From positions 3,925 through 67,924 of the IMG/VR virus record IMGVR_UViG_3300017492_000173: a stretch of 64,000 bases of DNA. One strand, 5' to 3'. This document shows, piece after piece, positions 9,692-18,395 of this stretch. The DNA comes from a virus. Taxonomy: Duplodnaviria > Caudoviricetes. The notes under the pieces are model-generated. The model saw nothing but the letters and a program-made list of their open reading frames with translations. It did not search any database and was not told the DNA's origin. Both the position numbers and the translations under genes were made by a program. Each line of letters opens with the position of its first letter. Position 1 is the first letter of the stretch.

Positions 9692-10756
9692 AAACATATA
9701 TCTCACGCCTGCCCAATTAACAAATTCTACCTACACCCCAACAAAAGAAAAGAGAGAAAAAGAGAATAGAAAAGAAAAGACGAAAGAAAAACAAAACAGA
9801 AAAAGAAATTGCCTTTCCCCCCCACCCCCATACTATAAAGAAAAAGAATAAAGAAAAAGAAAGAAGAAAAGATAAAGACAAGAGATTAAAGAGAGAAAAT
9901 AAAACCTTTGTCAGTTTTAACACGAGTTAACATATTTTTGACACAAAAGTTAAAATCATTTTCCTTTACAAACACACCCTTGCACAGAGCCAAACTTCTT
10001 TTTATCTTATCCTATCCAAAATTTTACCCCAAGATATTTTTCCTAACACCCTTCCGTAAAAACCAAATCCCCATACAAAACACCTCACGCATAGGCGACC
10101 TCATATACATACCACTCCCAAAAATTCAACCCGGAAAATTTTTGCCTACACACCTCCATTACTTACACTTTCCAAAAATTTGCGCCAAATATTTTTCAGA
10201 ATGCCTTTCCCATAAACCCAAATCCCGTATCGCAACACTTATCAGATAAAAGCCAAATAGGGTATTTAAAATCACCGAAAATTTGGAGACGGGGTTTATA
10301 AATCATCAAAAATTTAGAGATGGGTGGGGCTGGGCGTTTTGGGGGTATCGGATTGTAAACAAATATCGCATCGGGGGGGGCGTTGTCAGGGAGGGGCGGC
10401 ACGATTGACGGCGGCGCGGCGGCAAATAGAGCCGTTCACGGCGTTAATTCGTTGGCGGTGGTAAGGTAGCAAGGGCGCAAGGAGAAAGCCCCGCCACGGC
10501 AAAGGAAACGAGTAAAGCGGCGGTGGTGGGAGGTGGCAGGGGAGGACAAAGAGCAAAAGCCGTTTTATTTCGTTTGTATCGTGTTAAATTGTGGGCAGGT
10601 AGATAGTTGCACGGCAAAAGGGAGAAAAGCCACCAAAACGGAAACAAAGGGGCAAATAAGGGGTGTTTGCGGTTTAAAGTGTGCAAGCGGACAAACGACA
10701 AACAACGGGTGCAAATTGCATCCGCCGGAAATGATACGCAGCATATAGGGAGGGGC

Positions 10757-10787
10757 AAAGAAAAACCCCGCCGGAGTGTGGCGGGGT
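10757..10787 (-). terminator. Intrinsic terminator after ORF 10809-11441
   Basis: ACCCCGCC-N7-GGCGGGGT stem, followed by TTTTTCTTT on the minus strand. Confidence 0.7.
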
Positions 10788-10808
10788 CGTTGGTGGTGGG
10801 ATATAATG

Positions 10809-11441
10809 TTATTTCACCGTTTTAATTTTGGTTTGTTTCAGCGTTTTAGCGTCCGTTTCAAAAGTCAGGAAATCGGCGTTTTCCGTATAAAGTACCATTG
10901 CATTAGTTAGCGCGGCACGGTTTGCAGGTAGGTTTTTGCAGCGGTATTGTTTCACGGTTGCCGCCGTTGTTTTGGCCGCGGTTTTTGTGGCGGGTTTTGC
11001 GGGTTTTCCCGTTGCGGTGTCCGTTGCCGCCGTTTTGTCCGTTTTGGCGGGTTTTTCAACGGGGGCGCAAGCACGCCAACAATAGGCGTTCAACCCGTCA
11101 CACATTATAGATAATATGCCATCATCAATTACGGGATGCAATTTGTTTGCGGTTTTGTTCGTGCCAAAGTCGGTATTGGATTTGTCAAGTTTTTTACCGT
11201 TGGTAACGTTGGCAATTTCGGCGGGTATTGCATCCATGTTTACACCGTTAGCAATTTCGCCGCGTAACATTCGCGTAAGGTCGTATATTTGGCGGCGTGC
11301 GCGTTTGCGGTCGTCAACCGTCCAAGATGTAACGATTTCCAAACCATTGGCGGCGGCAGTTTCCGCGTTCCAAACGTTTTCCAGTGTTGCAACATTTTCA
11401 ACCATGTTTTTTGACGTTGCGAAATAAATGTTAGTTGTCAT
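10809..11441 (-). CDS. Hypothetical protein, 210 aa, with an Ala/Thr/Lys-rich linker
   Basis: Open frame with its own promoter (TATCTTTG at 11527-11534) and terminator. No family recognised. Confidence 0.7.
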   Translation of the reverse strand: MTTNIYFATSKNMVENVATLENVWNAETAAANGLEIVTSWTVDDRKRARRQIYDLTRMLRGEIANGVNMDAIPAEIANVTNGKKLDKSNTDFGTNKTANKLHPVIDDGILSIMCDGLNAYCWRACAPVEKPAKTDKTAATDTATGKPAKPATKTAAKTTAATVKQYRCKNLPANRAALTNAMVLYTENADFLTFETDAKTLKQTKIKTVK

Positions 11442-11715
11442 AATATTGTGGCGGTTGTATATATCCGAGCCGCCAAGTTTTTAAAGTGAATAATTATAAA
11501 TGTTTGTTTGTCATTGATTGACGATGCAAAGATACGGCGAAATATTTAACCGCGCAAGAGATTTTTTGCGTTTAACATTACATTAACACGTTTTTAACAA
11601 TCATATTTTTGTAAATCATTTTATTTCAGTTATTTACGTTTTAGGTGTTAATGCAATATCTTTTTTGCGGTTTGTCGTTTTTTTGCCGTAAATTTGCGGC
11701 GGTAAATATATATAT

Positions 11716-12027
11716 ATGAATATAAGCACCCGTATTATCGAGTTAATGAAGGCGCACGGCACCACAATTTCCGACATTGCCCGCCGCGTGAACGTGCCAC
11801 GGCAAAGTATATCGCAGGCAATTTGTGCCAACCGTTTCAGTTTTGCGACATTAGAACGTATTGCCAACGGTTTAGGCGTTCCGTTGTGGTTGTTGTTCGT
11901 GTCGGAGGCGGAGGCGTTGCAATACATTCAGGCGCACCAGCCAGCGGCACCCACCGCCAGCACGCCCGCCATTTGCCCACATTGTGGCAAACCGTTGGTA
12001 ATCAGTATCACAACCGCCGTGGAGTGA
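11716..12027 (+). CDS. XRE/Cro-type HTH regulator with C-terminal CPHCG zinc-ribbon half-motif
   Basis: RIIELMKAHGTTISDIARRVNVPRQSISQAI...LERIANGLGVPLWLLF HTH, then ICPHCGKPL. Promoter TTTG-N21-TAAATTTG at 11664-11696. Confidence 0.8.
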   Translation: MNISTRIIELMKAHGTTISDIARRVNVPRQSISQAICANRFSFATLERIANGLGVPLWLLFVSEAEALQYIQAHQPAAPTASTPAICPHCGKPLVISITTAVE

Positions 12028-12441
12028 TTTCGTCTCTCCTCTACGCTCCTCTGCTGTCTCATGCTTTGCCGCCAGAAAAGGGTTCGCCTCTTGCCTGTTT
12101 ACGCTGCCGTTTTGACAAATAAACGGATTGATTTTAACATTTTCGATTTCTTGCTCCAAAAACCGAAAAACAGAACAATTACCCCTATTTCGAGGGTGTT
12201 TTCTCGGGAATTTTGTTGCCACGTAAAAATATTTTACAGAAAAACAGAACAATCACGACTATTAAAAGGTAAAGTATCTTGATTTTCACTTTTTCAATTT
12301 TAACATTTCGCCCAAACGCAGCCCCAAGCCTCGCAAATCGCCGATTTCAAACCCGATTTTCACCCAAATCCCCACTTACTCTTCCTCGTACCTTAACCAC
12401 ACATTCCAACCACCTAAAACCATTCCTTGAAAATATCTTAC

Positions 12442-12524
12442 AAATCCGACTTTTAGAACACCGTTTTCGGTCTAACCCCCGTGATTTTCGAGACCCAAAG
12501 CCTAAAAATCCGACTTTTAGAACA
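12442..12524 (+). repeat. 19-bp direct repeat AAATCCGACTTTTAGAACA, two copies
   Basis: Identical copies at 12442-12460 and 12506-12524. Confidence 0.85.
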
Positions 12525-12686
12525 TTCTCGCTTCCTCAAACTAACGCCTTCTCCTCCCTCCGCATTCCGAAATCGCCCATCCTTATCCCAACCCATAGAC
12601 ACCCTCCCACACCACAGCCTTATATCGAAGCATTATACATAGTATAATACTACAATATAAAAATCTTCGCTGCCGAAGTTTCTTTC

Positions 12687-12788
12687 CTGCGCTCACTTTT
12701 TCTTCGCTGCGCTGGAAATATCTCCTCTGCGCTCGCGTCATATTATCTTTGCTGCGCTAACCATATCCGCATTTATCTTCTCTGCACT
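12687..12788 (+). repeat. Phased CTGCGCT repeats
   Basis: CTGCGCT at 12687, 12707, 12727 and 12752, plus CTGCACT at 12782. Confidence 0.8.
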
Positions 12789-13702
12789 GATACATTGAAT
12801 ATCTCCCAAGCTTCACTGCCATAATCTGACATTCCTCCCGATTTTATATTGAATATCTTGTTTAACTATTTGCTGTAACTCGTTGATTATCTTTTTTTTA
12901 AAGACTTTTACAGACACGAAGCCGTATTTTCTTTCCTGCACATTTTCAAGGCGTGAAAAGGTCGTTATTTCGTGTTTTCTTTGTGTTTTAGGCTGTTGCG
13001 TATTTTTTGTGTATGCTGTTTCCTGTCTGTATGTTTTTTGCTTTTCCGCTTTGTTTTCAGTATATTGTCTGCATACAAAAAGTATTTTGGTTGTTATTTC
13101 ATCTTTACTTTTGTGTGTTTTATGTGCTGTTGGAAGTGTGTATATTATCTTTGTCGTATCTTTGTTTTATTGTGTGATGTTTAGTTTAGGTGTATTTAGG
13201 TATAATTCTTTGTTAGTCCTTAGGAATTGCGCATTAAATCTTTTTTATTCGCGTGTTGTTTTGTTGTTGTTTGTGTCTATATGTTGTATATATGCCGCCG
13301 AAGGGTTGGGTGTGTTTTGCTGTTGGTTCTGTTCTGATCAGAGATGGTTGTCGGGTCGTGTTTGGCTTTCCTTTGTCTTTGTGGTTAGTGTCGGGAGTTT
13401 TTTTGTTTCGGGTTCTCCGTCTGTGTGCTTGTGTTTTTTGCCAAGCTTTTGGTTTTTGTGGTCTATAAAATTATTGAGAGTTTCTTTTCTCCTTATGCGG
13501 TTTAATGTGCCGTGGTCGGATTCTTTTCTGCCGCCGAAGGGTGCAGCGTTTCTTTTCTCCGTTTTGGAGTGATGTCGTTTTGGGGCAGACCTCCTTGGAT
13601 TGCATGTACAAAGATAGTGAAAATCTGCGAGTTGCGCAAATCTTCACTACCTTATTTTTGTAAGTTTTTATTAATCTTCGTCCGAATGCGTCTATGGGGT
13701 CT

Positions 13703-14017
13703 TTAGCCAAGACAATAGAGACAAATTGAATCTCGACCTTTTCGCAGTTCCACATCGGGACGATAGCCAGCGGCCCACCTTATATCCTCATCGCTATCGT
13801 TGTCGTACACCACGCCGACAAATTCATCGCTTAAGTATTCAGCCTTTGTGCCGAAATTTGTAGTTACCTTCCAGTCATCAAGGTTCAAGCCTAAATTGTA
13901 CGCAATCCAATCCATGCCACGGCGATTTTCTGGATAACGCGCAGGTTCTACAAGTGCGACATTTTCATTGGTGAGACCTTCAGTCAACATCATTTGGATA
14001 AATTCTATTCTTTTCAT
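13703..14017 (-). CDS. Hypothetical protein
   Basis: ORF MKRIEF... downstream of promoter TACCTTTG at 14055-14062. Confidence 0.65.
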   Translation of the reverse strand: MKRIEFIQMMLTEGLTNENVALVEPARYPENRRGMDWIAYNLGLNLDDWKVTTNFGTKAEYLSDEFVGVVYDNDSDEDIRWAAGYRPDVELRKGRDSICLYCLG

Positions 14018-14164
14018 AATCGTATTGTTTAATTGTTTATAAATATTTACGTTGCAAAGGTACAACCAACCTACCGCATGTGTCTTTAAGCCTTTGGGGA
14101 AGATTTTTCGTTAACACCATTTTACAATTAGGTTTAGAGTTCACCGTTTAGCAGGGAACGCAAC

Positions 14165-14219
14165 AAAAGAGCGGCTGCGGTAGAAGTCGTTTTTCTTCGA
14201 TATGACTTCATCGCAGCCG
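14165..14219 (-). terminator. Long hairpin/terminator after ardC
   Basis: CGGCTGCG..GAAGTC / GACTTC..CGCAGCCG inverted repeat with a T-tract on the minus strand. Confidence 0.6.
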
Positions 14220-14262
14220 TTTCGTGATAGTATGATAAGGCAGCATTTTTCGCTGCGTTACA

Positions 14263-15324
14263 CTAAACGTTTGCCATACATTCTTTTTCAGCGTTTACCT
14301 TGATATTGTCAAGTTTCTCCGTTATCATATAAGCGGCACGTTTCACATCCAACAACACCGTCTTTATGAATTTCGGGTTCTCATGCAACGCATCAAGCCA
14401 ATTCTTCAAATAGGCAGCGGAGTCTTCCTTGAGGTGTTTGGCTATTCCATAGCGTGTAGCCACCAGCGCAGCTCCCATCTCAGCCACGAGTTCCTCACGG
14501 GCGTATTCTTTCTTGTCGCCATTACCCTTGAAACGGTCAAGCCGTGTCTTCGCTCCTGTGCTATGTATCATCTCATGCAGGCAGGTGGTGTACCAATCCT
14601 CGCCACATGGGAATTGTTCCTTTATGGGCATCACGATTTCGTCTTTCGTCAGTGAGTAATACGCCTTGTCTTGATATTGTGGCTTTATCGGACACAGCCA
14701 TTTCTCTCTGTATATCATCTCGTCCATCGGCTCAAAGGTGAAATCGTCCCTGTTCTCAAGTTGTTTCGGCGTGTTCTCGTTCAGTATTTTCTCATACATT
14801 TCGGGTCGTGCTTCCTTGAGGTTCGTCTGTTCGATATTGAAGACGTTATACACCTGCATACGAGGATAGACATCGTATTTGTCCTTTTCCTCCTGCGAGA
14901 GTTGCTTGTACACTTCGTATTTGATTTTTTCCTTTGTTTCCTTGTTCACTACCGTATATGTGGTAAGGAAGATAGAAAACGACTTCTCTCCCTTGATAAT
15001 ATGCACCTTTGGAAGCTCATTGCCGTCAGCGTCAAGTTTTTTCTTCCATTTATCGCCTACCTTTGTGAAGTTCATGTAGCTCATGGTGTCGAAAGTACAG
15101 AACACGGGTATCTTATAGCCTTTATCCTCACAATGCAACATCAACATAAAGGCGTTCATGCATCCGTACTCCCTGCCGTAAAGATTCTTCGGCCACACAC
15201 TGCCGTCCGCGAACCACGGTTTCTTCCAATCGCCGCTTATCGTTTCGATTTTCTCAATCATTTTGTTGGTGAACAATTCCAACGCCCTATCCTCGGCGGA
15301 GGGCTTGTTTTCATTCTTTTTCAT
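14263..15324 (-). CDS. ardC: ArdC-family antirestriction protein (ssDNA-binding domain + zincin metallopeptidase)
   Basis: WKKPW, P.NLYGREY.C.NAF.L, YNVFNIEQT, AYYS...DEI.MP...QF, HEMIHSTG and YAREELVAEMGAA motifs. Confidence 0.9.
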   Translation of the reverse strand: MKKNENKPSAEDRALELFTNKMIEKIETISGDWKKPWFADGSVWPKNLYGREYGCMNAFMLMLHCEDKGYKIPVFCTFDTMSYMNFTKVGDKWKKKLDADGNELPKVHIIKGEKSFSIFLTTYTVVNKETKEKIKYEVYKQLSQEEKDKYDVYPRMQVYNVFNIEQTNLKEARPEMYEKILNENTPKQLENRDDFTFEPMDEMIYREKWLCPIKPQYQDKAYYSLTKDEIVMPIKEQFPCGEDWYTTCLHEMIHSTGAKTRLDRFKGNGDKKEYAREELVAEMGAALVATRYGIAKHLKEDSAAYLKNWLDALHENPKFIKTVLLDVKRAAYMITEKLDNIKVNAEKECMANV

Positions 15325-15369
15325 TGTCGTAGTGTTTAATTCGTTATTAATGTTTTTTCTTTGCTGCGC

Positions 15370-15687
15370 TTATGCCATTTTCGGTGAAACGAGTTCCGTG
15401 TATCTTCGCTGCGTTTCTTCAAGCATATCGCAAATGGCTATCTTGCGACCAGCCGCTACCAACTTCGGTAGATAGGTGTCAAGAGCGTGGTATGGAAATC
15501 CTGCTATCTCCGTTCCGTCCGTAGCCCTTGAATATACGAGCTGCAGGATTGCACTTGCATCAATAGCATCTTGCCCATAAGATAGGTAGAAGTTGCCACA
15601 CCTTAACAACACCAATACATTGGGATACTTGGTTTTCAATTCATGGACTTGCGCCATGTTGTTGTCTTTCTTTTCTGCGTTATTCAT
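15370..15687 (-). CDS. Standalone MutS domain I protein
   Basis: LKTKYPNVLVLLRCGNFYLSYGQDA...AGFPYHALDTYLPKLVAAGRKIAICD matches the MutS mismatch-recognition domain. Confidence 0.85.
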   Translation of the reverse strand: MNNAEKKDNNMAQVHELKTKYPNVLVLLRCGNFYLSYGQDAIDASAILQLVYSRATDGTEIAGFPYHALDTYLPKLVAAGRKIAICDMLEETQRRYTELVSPKMA

Positions 15688-15867
15688 ATTCTGTAATGTT
15701 AAATGGTTTATAAATGTTTTATATTCACAAGGGCAAAGGTAGTTATCATCTCCGAAAGCGGCGAAAGAACCTTTTACAATCCTTTCGCCGCACCAACATT
15801 TATAAACACTTAACAATTCGTATCTTTGTGGATGCGTTTATATCCTGTGATTTCTTCACGACTATAA

Positions 15868-16173
15868 TCATATACTGTAAAACATTCCGTTGACTTCACC
15901 CCACGACGAAAACGCAGGGTCTGGGTCGCCATCGTGCCAACCCAGCCATTCGTTATACTCCTTTGCTTCCTCGGCTGCGTCGAGTTCATCGAGGTCGTCT
16001 TTTCGGTTGCCCAATTCAAATTCAATAGCTCCGATTATATCATCTTTACTGTCAACATTGTATTCCACACAGACATCCTCAGTGGGGGAGTTCTTAATGT
16101 GTTCGAGTTCGTCCGTCAAGGAACGTATCTCGTCTTCAATTTTCATTCTTTCCATTATTACATCCTTTCCCAT
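15868..16173 (-). CDS. Hypothetical acidic protein
   Basis: 101 aa ORF coupled to its neighbours. Confidence 0.6.
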   Translation of the reverse strand: MGKDVIMERMKIEDEIRSLTDELEHIKNSPTEDVCVEYNVDSKDDIIGAIEFELGNRKDDLDELDAAEEAKEYNEWLGWHDGDPDPAFSSWGEVNGMFYSI

Positions 16174-16334
16174 TTATTAAGTGCTTCAAGAGCCGCTTCT
16201 AACGCAGCGTTAATTCTGATGTAGGCGGCATCATAGTCGGTCTTGATTTGTTCAACCTGTGCTGTAACAGATGCGATTTGCGCAGTGGCTTCATTTGCCA
16301 ACGTCACAATGTTAGTTAAATGTTCTTGTACCAT
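16158..16334 (-). CDS. Small coiled-coil hypothetical protein (58 aa, below the ORF track cutoff)
   Basis: MVQEHLTNIVTLANEATAQIASVTAQVEQIKTDYDAAYIRINAALEAALEALNKWERM, downstream of promoter at 16363-16370. Confidence 0.55.
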   Translation of the reverse strand: MVQEHLTNIVTLANEATAQIASVTAQVEQIKTDYDAAYIRINAALEAALEALNKWERM

Positions 16335-16534
16335 AGTTTATTGTTTATTAATATTTACGATACAAAGGTAGTAATCATCTATTTATACAGACTTATTTAT
16401 TTTTAATAAACACAGAAATTAACACCACTTATCGGCACGTCCTGTATAGCGGTATAATACTTTACTTGGCTATAACATTTGTGATTTCCTTTCTGCGGAC
16501 TAAAAGAGAAATAAGGAAGTCATAAGCAACTTCC

Positions 16535-16753
16535 TTATTTCTCTGTGGCAATTCTCAAAATGAGCAACGCTATAAATAACAGCCAAAATAGGCATCCCCA
16601 AATGGGTCTTGCTTTCCCAAATTTGCCCCACGGTCTGAAATCTCGTTTGTCTCCGTACTTCATCTTGTTTGGCATTTTGTTGAATGGGTTTTCATCTGGA
16701 GCGGAAATCAACCACCTCCAAAAAGACATCTCTTTTCCGTTTATATCTTTCAT
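16535..16753 (-). CDS. Small membrane protein, paralog A
   Basis: 72 aa with a C-terminal hydrophobic helix; shares WGKFGKARxIWGCL with the next ORF. Confidence 0.75.
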   Translation of the reverse strand: MKDINGKEMSFWRWLISAPDENPFNKMPNKMKYGDKRDFRPWGKFGKARPIWGCLFWLLFIALLILRIATEK

Positions 16754-16762
16754 AATTCTTGT

Positions 16763-16996
16763 TTAAAATGGCACAGGCCGTGAGAGAACATCTATTAGCG
16801 TCCAAATGAACCATATCACAAAAAATAGAACTAACAGGATAGGCAGACACCCCCAAATATGTCTCGCCTTTCCGAACTTGCCCCAACCTTCAATGTCATG
16901 TCTCGTCTTATACCCTTTCTTTTCTGGATGTCCGTTGTATGGGTTGTTAGCATCCGCACTAATTAGAAATTTCCAAATTGCTTTTAATGTATTCAT
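16763..16996 (-). CDS. Small membrane protein, paralog B
   Basis: 77 aa with the same motif and a TM helix; promoter at 17034-17041. Confidence 0.75.
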   Translation of the reverse strand: MNTLKAIWKFLISADANNPYNGHPEKKGYKTRHDIEGWGKFGKARHIWGCLPILLVLFFVIWFIWTLIDVLSRPVPF

Positions 16997-17112
16997 AATC
17001 GCATTGTTTAATTGATAGTTAATGTTTACGGCGCAAAGGTAATGGTTATCTTTTTATAACAAAAATAATTAGACAAATTTCCCTATATTGCTGGTTAATA
17101 AAAAGAAAAGCG

Positions 17113-17550
17113 TTAGGCTTTTATTCCAGCCGATTCTGCTTTCTTCCTTGCATTGTATTCATGTTGGCGCGCCAAACAGCGTTCCCTGTTCTTTTTATAA
17201 TATTCCTTTTGACGCTCTTTTCTCTTTATGTCGTGTAAAGCCATCCTTTCAGCCTTTTTAGCTTCCTTTTCTGCCGCCCTTTTTTCTTTCTCCTTTTTCT
17301 TCGCCTCATATTCTTTCATGTGACGAAAACATAATTCCATGCCTTTGCGGTCTTCCGCTTCTATTATGAAGAGAGTGTGTCCATTGTCGTTTGCGTAATT
17401 TATAGCCTTGAAAATATCTTGTTTCTGCAATACAAGCGCAAAGATTTTCAATATCTTTTTGTCTTTTGACGTGTAAACATCTTCTGCGCCAAAGAATTTT
17501 TTAGCTGCATCAATGTCAGCTTTTATGAAACGAGTTCCTTTGATTATCAT
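17113..17550 (-). CDS. Hypothetical protein with a basic helical C-terminus
   Basis: MIIKGTRF...; tail ERQKEYYKKNRERCLARQHEY is very basic. Confidence 0.6.
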   Translation of the reverse strand: MIIKGTRFIKADIDAAKKFFGAEDVYTSKDKKILKIFALVLQKQDIFKAINYANDNGHTLFIIEAEDRKGMELCFRHMKEYEAKKKEKEKRAAEKEAKKAERMALHDIKRKERQKEYYKKNRERCLARQHEYNARKKAESAGIKA

Positions 17551-17673
17551 AACGCTGTTTTTCTTTTTGCAAAAATACGAAAATAGTATAATATTATCAT
17601 CTTTCCCATATAAAAGGTGACCGCATTTCACAATGAAGCCACCTCGACAACTAATTATTTCGCAACCTGCATC

Positions 17674-18207
17674 TTATGACGCATGGTTGACAATCTCCGC
17701 CGAAACGGATTTTTCTGTAATTCCATTTGATATTTCTTCAAACAGGGCTTCCATATTGATGTCAATCTCGGCTGGCGGCTCCGGCAACTCTGTTCTTTCC
17801 GTTTTCGCCGCATCAGCCACAGGCTCAGTCTCAACTTCAATCTTTTGTGGTTCAGGCTCAATTTCTTGGCGGCAGATTACATAATGTTTGCCCTTTACCT
17901 TAACCCAAGCGTTGCCCGTATTCTCGTTCATGTCCGAGTTTCCTTTATTCGTTTCAACATCCCATTTTGTTATCTCGGTCTTGCCGTCTTTGCCCCACAA
18001 GAAACTCATTGATGCAGGCGCATCCCCAAGACCTTTTACCTTGCGGAGTTGACGGATGCAGGTATATATATACCTTCGAGCCGTTTTCCTGTCATCAAAT
18101 GGCATCGTGTCAAGAACCTTGATATTGTTCTTAATGTCGTCATACTTGTAGTTTATATCAAAACTACCATTGTCAATCACTTGTGCAAAAATCACATTTG
18201 TTTTCAT
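17674..18207 (-). CDS. Hypothetical protein
   Basis: 177 aa ORF with promoter at 18254-18261. Confidence 0.65.
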   Translation of the reverse strand: MKTNVIFAQVIDNGSFDINYKYDDIKNNIKVLDTMPFDDRKTARRYIYTCIRQLRKVKGLGDAPASMSFLWGKDGKTEITKWDVETNKGNSDMNENTGNAWVKVKGKHYVICRQEIEPEPQKIEVETEPVADAAKTERTELPEPPAEIDINMEALFEEISNGITEKSVSAEIVNHAS

Positions 18208-18304
18208 AATCTGTGATGTTTAATTGTTTATTAATGTTTTATTGTTTACGTTGCAAAGGTACGTTGTTTCTATCATTCACGCAAATACATACTTCGTTTT
18301 TTAC

Positions 18305-18395
18305 AGAAAAGAGCTGCCCTGCGATACGCAAGACAGCTCGTGTAAACATTAATAAAACGGCAACTCGTTTCACAACGAGACTGCCTTCAAATTAA
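18305..18395 (-). ncRNA. Candidate ~90 nt small RNA
   Basis: Promoter TAACTTTG at 18402-18409, then a GGCAGTCTCGTT-GTGA-AACGAGTTGCC hairpin, then a terminator GAGCTG...CAGCTC-TTTT. No ORF ends within it. Confidence 0.45.

Noticed and set aside
9717-10402. ORF-track ORFs over the purine-run and A/C-rich tract
   Set aside because: Low-complexity F/L/S or P/K translations that simply reflect strand bias; no promoter or start context.
10332-12033. Codon bias or a generic foreign insertion as the explanation for the CT void
   Set aside because: The void covers intergenic DNA and genes on both strands and is not mirrored by loss of AG, which codon bias or ordinary horizontal transfer would not produce.
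12442-12788. Possible CRISPR mini-array (also considered for 22781-22853)
   Set aside because: Only two copies or 7-mers, no regular unique spacers, and no cas genes.
12883-13572. 229 aa hydrophobic F/V/C/L-rich ORF that looks like a membrane protein
   Set aside because: Its composition follows directly from the T/G-rich strand; TTG start; no motif.
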